From: Patescibacteria group bacterium
Lineage (GTDB): Bacteria > Patescibacteriota > Patescibacteriia > UBA1558 > UBA10009
Direction of reading: 5' to 3'
DNA length: 64,000 bases
Assembly (NCBI GenBank): GCA_041662565.1
Contig: JBAZSE010000003.1
Span: forward strand, 108,636 to 172,635
A program made the position numbers and the translations under genes. The notes under the pieces were generated by a model. The model was given only the letters and a program-made list of their open reading frames with translations. It ran no database searches and was not told the origin of the DNA. Positions 35,318 through 46,100 of this stretch are shown here, piece after piece. How positions within the stretch are numbered: the stretch's first letter is position 1; each line of letters opens with the position of its first letter.

Positions 35318-37888
35318 TTATTTACTGACCAATCGCATTCTGGCTAAAATTTCTGCTTCTACGGTTGCCCTATCGCGACCATATTTAAGGCGCGAAAGCT
35401 GTTTAACTTTTTCTACCATTGCTTTATCACCAGGCAACGGGGCAAACGGGGCAAAATTAAAAGCCCGAGCGTTTTGGCTATCAACCAACAGCTTAACGTA
35501 GGCATTAAAACGGGGAATATTGATTAAATCGTATTCGTTAAACACCGGCGCAAACTGCTTGGCCACCAATTCCGCATCATCAGGCCCGATACGAAAAGAG
35601 ACCATGGTGCCCACATTGCCAAAAACCGAATCTCTAATGGAAGTATCATTGCCTTTTTTTACCAATTGGCCGATGTACTGATGGGCAATAGTTAAACACA
35701 GTTTGTATTTTCTGGCTTCGGATAAAATAATGGCAATGGAATCCGTGATAAAATTCTGGAATTCATCAATATACAGATAAAAATTGGTTCGTTCGTTTTC
35801 CGGCACATCCACGCGCGAGAGCGCCGACATTAACAATTTGCCTACTACAACCATACCCAGTAAATTAGCGCTTAAATCACCAATTTTGCCTTTAGCCAGT
35901 TTAATAAGTAAAACTTTACGGCCATCCATAACTTCCCTAAAATTAAACGAAGATTTCTGTTGGGAAATAATTGGCCTAAGTAAATCCGAAGAAACAAAAG
36001 GCGTCAATTTGCTCGTTATGTAAGGCACCATATTGGCGAGTGCTGCTTCACCGCCGGCTTTTTCGGCTTCTTTTTCCCAAAAATCCTTAACCACCGGGTT
36101 AACACATTTGGATAATTTATATTTTCTAAAATTGGCATCGGCCAAAACCTTGGGCACTTCCAACAAAGTTGAACCGGATTCGGTATCTTCCATCATTAAC
36201 AGCATGGCGTTGCGCATATACTGTTCAAACATTGGGCCGCCAGTGGCTTTTAAATCATACAGTTTGTCAAAAATATTTATCATCTCGTTGATGACAAAAG
36301 TTTTTTGTTCCGGGTTGGTAAATTCCAACATATTCAAGGCAATCGGCCGCTCAATATCCGAAGGATCGAACAAAATAACATCATCAGCCCGCTCTGGCGG
36401 AATATGTTCTATAACAGCATCAACCAAATCGCCGTGCGGATCAATTACGCAAACGCCCTCGCCGTTTTTAATATCCTGAATTATCAGGTTGGCTTGAAGT
36501 ACGGATTTACCCGTACCGGATTTACCAATGATATACATGTGGCGCTGGCGATCATCGGTTTTAATGCGCACCGGAGTTTTAACTCCGCGATAAGTGTTTT
36601 CACCCAATAAAATACCTTCGGTTCCCATATTTAAAGGCGGTGCAGCTTTGCGGGCTTCTAGCCAATAAATATTCGGAGTTTCGGAAGTGGGTAGAGGTAA
36701 GTGCCATAAGCTGGCCATTTCTTCGGCATTTAAAATAACATTGTATTTGCGGATAAAAAAACGATGAATAAAATCGGAAACCAAGGTATTGATTCTGACA
36801 AATTTGGCTTTTTTAAAACCATTGCCGTATTCATAAACATTAAATTGGGAAAAACCATTTAAAATATTGGCCAAATAACTATTGGCTAAATCTTTGGTAG
36901 CCGCCGAAACAACCACTCTGATGTTAACATCCATGCCGGCTTTGCTGGTTTTTTCTTCAATACCTTTAACCGTTTCGCTTTCCATGGGCGATAAGCGATG
37001 CGCTGATTCGCTAGCGGTCAAATCATTTTTCTTTTTGGAAATAGAAATAAAAAACTTAAACACTCCACCGATAAAGGCAAAAAGCTTATCAAAAATATTG
37101 CCAAAGCCGGCTTTTCTTAAGGCCCCGGTTAATGTTTTGCCCTGTTGCATTTCGCGAGCCACGGTTACGCCCCGCCGATGCCATCTTTTATGCGAAGACC
37201 TGGCAACAAATTGAATAGCCGCTTCCCCACCGCCGGAAATATTTGCCAAAGCATTGGTTAAAGAATTAAGCGGATCGCTTTCCATTTTTTTGTAGGTTTT
37301 AATCGGAAAAATAAAATCCCTACCAAATCTTAAATATGCTCCGGTAATTACACCTTGGGGCGAAAAAATATTATAATCCTCCACTTCTTCCACTAAAGCA
37401 TAAGGCCAAGCCGAATGGATTTGCTGGGCCAAGGTTTCCTGCAAATAATCGGGTACGCTTAAATAAAAATAAATCTTGCCTTTGGATAATACAATTTCTG
37501 CCGAAAAATGATCTGTTCGGCCAAAAAGCCAATGTAATGGCCCCCGCTGGGCGCGCAGGCCGCCCAAAACCGAAAATAAATTTTCGGCCACGCCGATTTC
37601 TTGTTGCAGAGTTTGCGGAGTTTCTTCTTTATCCACTGCACCTTTGGGCTTAAATTTTTCTTTGGGCAATGAAACGATTAATATTTTTTGTGAAAGCCCT
37701 GCCGGCAAACGATTATGCCTTTCTAAAAACTTCCTGACAATCAATAAGCCAATCCAAATAATCAAAACAATACCTACGGCAATTAATAAATTTGCCAGCC
37801 AGGGATTAATTACAAAAAAATTAACTTGAGGGTTCGGCCCCAAACCGGAATCAATACTAAATTCAATAGCCAATAAATTTACCAGCAT
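35318..37888 (-). CDS. Membrane-anchored P-loop ATPase, VirD4/TraG-like coupling-protein or DUF87/AAA_10 family
   Basis: Two N-terminal TM helices. Walker A IIGKSGTGKSVL followed by VIDPHGD. Walker B LYIDEFQNF. 856 aa. Confidence 0.5.
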   Translation of the reverse strand: MLVNLLAIEFSIDSGLGPNPQVNFFVINPWLANLLIAVGIVLIIWIGLLIVRKFLERHNRLPAGLSQKILIVSLPKEKFKPKGAVDKEETPQTLQQEIGVAENLFSVLGGLRAQRGPLHWLFGRTDHFSAEIVLSKGKIYFYLSVPDYLQETLAQQIHSAWPYALVEEVEDYNIFSPQGVITGAYLRFGRDFIFPIKTYKKMESDPLNSLTNALANISGGGEAAIQFVARSSHKRWHRRGVTVAREMQQGKTLTGALRKAGFGNIFDKLFAFIGGVFKFFISISKKKNDLTASESAHRLSPMESETVKGIEEKTSKAGMDVNIRVVVSAATKDLANSYLANILNGFSQFNVYEYGNGFKKAKFVRINTLVSDFIHRFFIRKYNVILNAEEMASLWHLPLPTSETPNIYWLEARKAAPPLNMGTEGILLGENTYRGVKTPVRIKTDDRQRHMYIIGKSGTGKSVLQANLIIQDIKNGEGVCVIDPHGDLVDAVIEHIPPERADDVILFDPSDIERPIALNMLEFTNPEQKTFVINEMINIFDKLYDLKATGGPMFEQYMRNAMLLMMEDTESGSTLLEVPKVLADANFRKYKLSKCVNPVVKDFWEKEAEKAGGEAALANMVPYITSKLTPFVSSDLLRPIISQQKSSFNFREVMDGRKVLLIKLAKGKIGDLSANLLGMVVVGKLLMSALSRVDVPENERTNFYLYIDEFQNFITDSIAIILSEARKYKLCLTIAHQYIGQLVKKGNDTSIRDSVFGNVGTMVSFRIGPDDAELVAKQFAPVFNEYDLINIPRFNAYVKLLVDSQNARAFNFAPFAPLPGDKAMVEKVKQLSRLKYGRDRATVEAEILARMRLVSK

Positions 37889-37890
37889 GA

Positions 37891-38421
37891 TTATAATTTA
37901 TCCTTATCCATTTTCTTTTTAAAAGCCAAAATCCGATCGGCTTTAATTTTGGCTTCTTGTTCCAAAAAAAACTTATTTAAGCCCGGAATAATTTTAAGCC
38001 AATCCAAGATAAGGCGGAAAATCTCTTTAACTTTAACCTTGGCTGATTTAAGAAGAAGCGCTATCTTGGAGGCAGTTTCTTCTCCAACTTCTCTGAATTG
38101 CAATTGTTTTTCCGGAGTAAGTTTTAAATATTCTTGTTCCAACCCTTCGGCTAAAATGCCTTCTACCTGATAAAAAACCGGTGTTTTTACGGCGGGTGTA
38201 ATATCGTTAACTGATGGCAAGCTTTGAATAGCCGGATTGGTAAATTCGGATTTTTCCTGAACTTCGGTTGGCTTTTCTAACTGATTTGCCGGTAATTCCA
38301 CCGCCTGTTCCACAGTTTTTTCTACCTCAACTGTTTTTTTGCTTTCTGCTTGGCGATTAGGCAGATCTTTAAGTCCGGCTAAAAAACTTTCAATTTTTTT
38401 ATTAATTTGTTCCGGTTGCAT
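37891..38421 (-). CDS. Hypothetical acidic protein
   Basis: 176-aa ORF immediately upstream of, and co-directional with, the ATPase gene. Confidence 0.35.
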   Translation of the reverse strand: MQPEQINKKIESFLAGLKDLPNRQAESKKTVEVEKTVEQAVELPANQLEKPTEVQEKSEFTNPAIQSLPSVNDITPAVKTPVFYQVEGILAEGLEQEYLKLTPEKQLQFREVGEETASKIALLLKSAKVKVKEIFRLILDWLKIIPGLNKFFLEQEAKIKADRILAFKKKMDKDKL

Positions 38422-38591
38422 AGATTATATTATACCATAAAATTGAAAAAACAAAAAGATTCAATGGCAATGTTTTTACAAATGGCGGTTTTTAAAGCAG
38501 TCGCCGGGAATATTATAGATTTAACGTCGACGATACTCCTAACGGTTATATTAAGCAAAATGGTGATTATAATCATCATCATTAGATAAAA

Positions 38592-38640
38592 AAACTCCGC
38601 ACTACTTTATTATAAGATTATGCGGAGAATGAGTTATTAA
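38592..38640 (-). terminator. Intrinsic terminator (minus strand)
   Basis: Minus strand reads tctccgca-N19-tgcggag followed by TTTTTTTA. Confidence 0.5.
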
Positions 38641-38643
38641 AAA

Positions 38644-39462
38644 TCAAGGTCTTGATTCAAACCTTCGTGCGGTTATAGCAAGTGCTTCATACTGCTTCCC
38701 ACCCCAAAGGTTTTTCCAGATTCTCAATCCTTCTTTGTCGAAGAAGCCGACATAGACAAAATTTCCATTTGAATCTACTGAACTGGTTCCTATGGAAAAA
38801 GAGGAAAGCAGATAAATTCCTCTAACAGCACGGTTATAATAATAACTAAAGTTATTACAGCTTTTCGAGATAGCATTTTAATCCCTCTTATAAGTTAGAA
38901 CCTCGAGTTTATTACCTTTGAGAGTAAACTCAATGGTAATATCGGCGATAGGGTTCCAATATTGCGCTATCTTTGGAGGGTCCTCCTTGGTTATTATTCG
39001 ACGACCGAATCTGTCGGTATACCCACTTGTTCTTCTCCCCTCGTATGTTTGTTCTACCTGGCGAACATTCCAGGCGCTATACTTCGCTAGATATCCTTTT
39101 TTGGTTTTGGAAAAAATGATATCTATGAAAAACAGCCCATCTCTTTTAAAAGCGTATTCAAGGAGAGATTTAATTTTCTCGAACCCCTTTGGGTCCTTTT
39201 CATAAGGAGTAATGAGAATAGCTTTAATTATCTCATCAACCTCCTTGGAAAAGGTTTTAAAATTTTCCTGCTGATTTAATTCTTGAGAAAATTTTGGAAA
39301 ACCTTGATTTTCCGCGAAGGCCCTGCCAAGCTCGTAATATTTACCCAGCTCAATTCGCTCCATAATGTCTTGGAGCGGTTCCCCTTTTGAACCAAGCGGA
39401 TTTTGCGCGAATGCTTGGCACGCAATAATGGCTACTGCGATTATTGAGACGAACACTTTCAT
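38644..39462 (-). pseudogene. Secreted hypothetical protein interrupted by an in-frame TAA at 38878-38880. The frame stays open for 77 more codons and ends just before the terminator.
   Basis: The ORF 38878-39462 (signal peptide MKVFVSIIAVAIIACQAFA) stops at TAA. The same frame continues ...NAISKSCNNFSYYYNRAVRGIYLLSSFSIGTSSVDSNGNFVYVGFFDKEGLRIWKNLWGGKQYEALAITARRFESRP* to a TGA at 38644-38646. That is 4 nt upstream of the terminator hairpin at 38592-38640. Confidence 0.4.
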
Positions 39463-39680
39463 GACGAACTCCTTTGTGTTGTGGAAATATTTGATGGTTT
39501 AGTTATGGCCCTAAAATTGCCTAAATATGCCTCTTTAGGCCCATAACTATCATTTTTTGATTGTAATTTACAAAGAACTATTCATTAAGAAAAAATATAA
39601 GCTTTTTAAATAATATTATCAGATGATGACGGCGCAAGTTAAACGGACATCGGGGTCTTGAGTAATTAATTTATTTATTT

Positions 39681-40094
39681 TTACTGGCTGAACACCACAA
39701 TTTCTTGATTCTTGGAAAAATACCTAATGGTGTAAGATAAGCCATCACCGCTCCAATACGATAATCCACTAACCTCACTTAGGTCAATAGATAGATCGCC
39801 CAAGGCCTCAACTAAAGCATTTTGGCTGGCCAACCCATCTGTTTTAACAATAGGATAGCTTTTGCGGGCAACGTAATACTCGGCTAGCTTTTTTTGCAAA
39901 GATTCAACCTCAACTCTGCGATAATCGCCTTCTTTAATAGCTACTGACTTTTCGTGGTCTATATTAGCCATTACACCGGTTGATATTAAACCGATTGTGG
40001 CTAAGATTAGCGGAATTACTACTACAGCAAAACCTTTTTGATTAGTCATAATATTACATTTAAGTAACCCGCCTATTATACTCCTTTTGGGCAT
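39681..40094 (-). CDS. Small membrane-anchored protein with a weak prepilin-like N-terminus
   Basis: Internal start gives MTNQKGFAVVVIPLILATIGLISTGV. The KGF + hydrophobic helix resembles a class III signal but lacks Glu+5. Confidence 0.3.
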   Translation of the reverse strand: MPKRSIIGGLLKCNIMTNQKGFAVVVIPLILATIGLISTGVMANIDHEKSVAIKEGDYRRVEVESLQKKLAEYYVARKSYPIVKTDGLASQNALVEALGDLSIDLSEVSGLSYWSGDGLSYTIRYFSKNQEIVVFSQ

Positions 40095-40117
40095 TTTGTC
40101 AAGCTATAATTTGCCAA

Positions 40118-40148
40118 CAAAAAAAGACGGATAATCCGTCTTTTTTTA
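40118..40148 (-). terminator. Bidirectional intrinsic terminator after the giant gene
   Basis: AAAAAAA-gacgg-ATAAT-ccgtc-TTTTTTT. 7-bp stem with an A-tract and a T-tract on either side. Confidence 0.65.
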
Positions 40149-40168
40149 ATATGTATTTAATCTTTTTA

Positions 40169-43100
40169 TTATGCCGCCAGAGCCAAAGTTGACGTTTCTT
40201 TGTTTAAAGGTAAAACATCTATATTTTTGGCGAAATCCTGGTTATACTTAAAGTAACTGTCTAAATCTATTTCCTTGGTAACGTAACCTAGCCGCAACGA
40301 ACCATCTGTTTCCAATTTTGGTTGAACTTGATTGCCTTGGCTATCAAAAAACTTTACATTTTGTGCCAGCCATTTATCATAAAGCTTAGAGCCATCCGAC
40401 TGGCGATCAGTGATGTGATTTTTATAAGCAGCTTTAAATTCTTCCACAATTTGCCTGCCCTGATATTTATGGCCTTCTATTTCCAATGTTAACTGATGCA
40501 AGGGCACCGGCTCTTGACCGCCTTCTGGCATTAAAGAAGCGGTTGAGGCATGGAACATGATAAATTGCTTATCAGGTGTAACGGTTAAAATAGCACCGTG
40601 GCCTTCAGGGCCATAAGTGGCCGCTCCGCCGGATTCCATGTTAATTAAATATTCTCCCGGCTCTAGATTTTCTTTAACTGTTTGCCAGGAAGCGTTATTA
40701 TATTTTAATTGCTGTTCACGCAAGAAAACCGAAAACTTTAATTCTTCCGGTTTGCCGGCATGGACGCTTAAAAACCGATTATAATCATCTAAAACAGGAT
40801 ACTCTCCCTTATTTTCCTTAGCCGCTTGCCTAACCAAAGTCATGCAATCAAATCCATCCTTGCCAACACTGTACGGCTTACCCACTTCATCCATCAAACT
40901 ATTGGCAATCTTATAACTTTCCGGCAAAATTGCGCTAATTGGTCCACCGGCCATAATTGATTCAATCTTTGCCCTATTAAAAACCTCATGTCCGAATTTT
41001 TTTTCTAAACTGTTTAATTCTTTTAAAATTTCCGCTTTAACTGCTTCGGCCTGGGCCTTATAACCGCCTTTAATTAAAGATTGATAAACATCAATATCTT
41101 GCATTAAATCTTTACCTTGTTCACGAGCATCGGTAATACTACCAATTAATTTATCGCTCTTGCCAGCTAAAATGCTCCGATAGCCTTCCTTTAAAATTTC
41201 ATCTCCGGTAATATTTCCGGTTCGCTGATGCAATATTTCCACTCCGATAACGCCCGAGCCCCGATTGCCATATCTAAAAGTTACCTTGGAAGAACCTGGT
41301 AAATCTGGATTGTGGGAAGTAAAAACAAAATCCCGACCTTCATTGCTGATTTGTATGCCCGCAACCTCATTATTAACATCATTGGGCTTTAATTCCTGCA
41401 ACGGGGCTTGAGCCGCTAATTTTGGGTCAGCACCCGATGTAGGCGCAACCTCTGCCTCATTAACACTGGTTGATCCGGTAACAGGAGCATTGGCGGGATT
41501 GGCGATTATCTCTTGAATTGGCGGTTTTTCGCCACGCAAATAATAAGGGATGTTTTCAAGCTCTTGATTAGTCAAAGTTCCGATATGCACTTCTTGGCCA
41601 TTTTGATCAAGAATGGAAAAATTATTTTGTTTTAGATTAAGTTTAATTACAAAATTATTAAAGTTATTTTTATCTAAAATCATTCCTCTTTCCCAAGAAA
41701 CCCATTTTTTTACCTTAAAAACAAGTTCGCTAGATAAACCACGAGTAAAATAAACTTCTTTAACATCAAAGTTTTTACCATACCATGATTTTTCAGATTC
41801 AAAACTTTCACCAAACAACAACTCGGTTGCCTTGGCCATTTGATCATCAGACATACTTGATAAACCATCTCTGTACTGCGCTAAGCCGGCAATAACAACA
41901 TCTTTTTCAAAACTTAAATTTTTGGTGTAAGAAGTAGCTTCAAAAGCCCTGGCAAGGCCTTCATTAATTTTAGTGCCAAATTCATAATTCAAACTATTGG
42001 CAATGGGCATAAATTCCGCCACCTGCGCGCGCTCGGCTTGAATATGGTAATCTTTAAACAAGGCCTCGGTCATGCGGTTTAAATTTTGGCTGGCACGGCT
42101 AATGCCACCGGCTAATTCCGCCAATTCCGGCTGTTCAAATTCTTTTGGTAAAGCAATGGTATAATAGGGTTTATTGCCTTTAACCGCTACGCCCACCATA
42201 TCTGCCACGCCATCGTCATTACTATCCTGATAAACCAATTCATCGGCCTTATTAACAAGTTCGCCAACTTTGTTGGCCTGCGCTTGAACTGCCTCAACAA
42301 TCAATTTATTTTGAGCTTCAATACTGCTAGCGTCTACCACTTTTTCTACTGGCGGATTAACCGTGTTTTGGACTGGTAATTCCGGGCTTGCTTTAACATC
42401 CGATGGCACTTCTTTAATCAATGGAAAACCCTTGATATCCCCATGATCCAAACCATCGGGTTTTAAATAAAAAACCTGTTCCGGCTGACCATCGCCGATA
42501 TTATCAACGGTAATTTTTAAATTATTACCTTCTGCCAAAAATTCTATATTATTAACCGTGCCATCAATCACATACTGTTTGCCCCCGGCTTCAATTATAT
42601 TTCCATCTTTAAGAACATAACCCCTCTCAGTCATAAATTGACTGACTTTGGAACTTAAGCTGCTGGCGGTTAAAGGAGTTTCCGGGGAAATAATAATCGT
42701 CGATAGTTCCTCCGGCATATGCTTTAAATCATAACCGACATTGGCAATTTGAAAATCCGTTAACTCAAAACCGTCTTTTTGTATATCAGGAATAAATAAT
42801 TTATTCTGTATGGTATGGAAAAGTACATCGTGAGGTGCGCTGCCCTTAAAAGACAGGCCTACAAAAGTTATCTGATTCGTGCCATCAAAAAATTTAATAT
42901 CAGAAGCGGAAAAATCATTATTCGCAAACAAGTCTCGAGCAAACATAGTTGCCTCGTCTTTACTAAAAGTTTCATGTTGCTTCATGGCCAAAATGCCAAG
43001 CCACAACTCATGTTTATAAGACAAAGATAAGCGCTCGGTTAAAGCAAGAGCTTCTTTAACTGAAAGATATGAGGCATCATTAACTTTTAAAAAGGCCTCG

Positions 43101-46100
43101 GAAGTCAATCGCAATTGCTGTTGATCTTTAGCTGCTTCTAAAATTTCCTTTATCTCCCCCATTGCCCATCCTCGATCCATCATTTTAGTGGCAATATCAA
43201 ATTTTGCCAAAGAATAAACATTTTCCAATTTAAGCAAATCCAGATTTTCCTTACCCAATTTGCCAACAAAATTATCAACCAAGGCAAAATCCGGTTTGGT
43301 TTCAAATAATTGGGTGGTATTACTACCTTGCCCGTAAACTTTGTAAAACTTGGCCGCTTCCAAACGATCGCCCGTTAAATGAGTGGCTAATTGGTTTAAA
43401 TTATCGCTAGTTGTTCGCGCCTGAGAAACAAGCTCTATGGCTTTATCATGGCTTAATTTTTCATCAAATTCTATTGTTTGATAAGCCAAGTTTGATTCAT
43501 CTCTAATTTCTAAATGATCAGGTATATTATCGCTATCAGCATCAATTAAATGCAAAGTATCACCATTGGGCAATTTAACATCCAGCCCATCCCATGGCCC
43601 AATTAAGCCCGTTTCTGTTGACGGAGGGTTAATGTGTTCGGCGGGAGTAACGGGATCGACTTCTGGAGTCACAATTACCCCGCCGGCGGTTCTTATACTT
43701 AACGCTTCATCCAACTTGGCCTTGGATGCGCCGTGTAATTCCTCATGCGCATCCCAATATTCGCGCGCTGCCTTGGCTTCATTGTAATTTAACTGTTCAT
43801 GCAAACCGCCTTCGGCTTTATCCAAATTAAATTCATTTTTAACTTCTTCCGGAATTTCATTTAATTTAAATTCTTTGCTGATTTGATCATAACGACCGGT
43901 TAAGCTTTCACCCGCCTCAACTTTAACTTCAGATGTTTTATATACAATAATTTCGCCCGACTTGGTTTCAATTACTGTATCACCTTCGTGCACCAAATTG
44001 GCATCAAAATCCTTAATTTCGGAACCACCAATGGTAATCACGGTAACTTTGGCATCCGGCGCCATGGCCTTATCCAGGGCTTCGGAAACACTTCCTTTGG
44101 CTGAAACAGTTCCACCGGCCATATAATCCTGATCAGCTGGCAAATGATCTTTAAAAGCCGGGATTTTTTCCAAATCAGCCAGCATATGAAATTTATGAGT
44201 CAATGGAACAGTTGGAGTTATTGCATCTACGGAAGGTTCTATTGGATCTTTTTCAGTTACTACTGACGAATCAATAACTTCCGTAATTCTTGAACCGGCC
44301 GGTAAATCAGGAGGTAATTCTAAATCCGCTTGATCTATTGATGGTAACTCAAGATTAGTTGTATCAGTAGATGGTAATTCCAAATCAACTTGATTTGTAT
44401 CAGGTAAAGCAACAGCGTTATGCGCAACAGATGTATCTGCAGGCAAAGATAGGTCTTTTAAGGGTTCATCAGTTAATTCGCTAGCAGTAGAATCAACCAT
44501 CGCCGCATCACCTTCGGCTACGGTTTGATTAATACTAGCCACATCAGCAGAAATGTCCTGATGAAATAGCCAATCCCTAACAACCGCACCGGCGCTGGCA
44601 AAGGCCGCGCCATAAAAAGCGCCCCATAACATTTTCTTGGTAACATACCTATCCCTAGCCTTATAAATTTTACCCTCGCGATAACTTAAAAATTTTTCCA
44701 ATCTTTTGGTAATTTCATTTTCAGAAGCAAAGCCTCCGGCTAAAGTTTCTCCGAAATTCAAAACATCAATCAATTCCTGCTGATTTATTAACCTCTCTCC
44801 GGCTTCACCAAAATTAACCAAGCCCTTATCCAATTTATCCTTAGTATATTCTAAACGTGCTCGCAAAGAATCTAAAACTTTTTGTATTTTTTGCTGAATT
44901 TCCGGATCATCATCCGAGAAAAAATCATCAATCTCATTAAATTCAATAATCAATTTATCCAATTTGGCAGTTAAACCCTCGGCCTTAACAAAATTTTTAT
45001 CAGCCGATAAAAGCTTGGCACGCTCTGTTTCCAATTTATCTCTTTCTTGCTCTAATTCTTTTCTTACACCAAATGGCATTATGTACTTATACACTTTGCC
45101 ATCCCTAATAGTAAAATCCTTATTTGTTTCTAAACTTCTTGTTAGCTCGCCTTTTAGCTTGGCTAAATCAATTTTTTCATTATCTGACAATTTATCTGAT
45201 TGCTGTTTTTTATTTAAGAAGATTATTTTGCTTATAATTTCATTTTGCTGTTGCAAATTATCTTTAATATTGCCAACTTCCGTTACCTCTCCCTGCCTAT
45301 AAATTGATGAATCCAAAGATCTTATTTTGGTTAATAACTCACTGGCTTTTTTATCATTAGTACTTTGGGCCAAACCTCTTCTGGTTTCAACATCTTTTTC
45401 TTCTAAACCCGCTTGAGCCCTTTTTCTGCCCAACCAGCCACCCATAACCGCAGCAACCACAGGCGCGCCAATCACTCCCCAGGCACCTATTGCAGCTGTT
45501 CTGGCAATAAAACCGGCAGCAAAATAACCGCCTCTTTCTTGAACCGTGCTGATTAAAGCCGAGCGCCAAATTTTATCCGAACCAATCCGGCCAAGCTCCT
45601 TTTCCACTTCCGGATTGGTATTTAAAAATTGCTGAAGCCGTAATTTATTTTCAATTTGAACTAATTCCAAAAGAGCTTCACTGTCAGCATGAGCGCGTTT
45701 AAATGATTCATCATTAACCAAAAATCGCTTGTAAACTGCGTAATTATCTCTTGCTTCACTGTACTGTTTCTGTTGTTTTTTTGTGGCAGTTGGTAAAGAC
45801 CATTCATACGGCAGACGACTTAACTCGTTAATGGCTTTATTAAACCCAATTAAAACATTTTGCCCATCTTTATCAATACCTTCCCAAGCACTTAGATAGC
45901 CCACTTCCAAACGGCCTTTTTCATCTTGGGCAATTTCCAATTGCGCGGTTTGCTTGACCAAATCCGCTAAAAGTTTTTTATGTTGTTCAAAATCGGCAGA
46001 AAATACTTTTTTAGCGCCGGCTGTTTCGGTTTTAGCAACGTAATACTGTTTAAATAGATTTTTCCAAAGCTTACCCGCCAAATTACTTTGACCAAGTTCT

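Noticed and set aside
38407-38589. 60-aa plus-strand ORF (MFRLHRLYYTIKLKKQ...IIIIIIR)
   Set aside because: It spans the start of the minus-strand 37891-38421 gene, and its poly-Ile tail reflects an A/T run. There is no support beyond being open.
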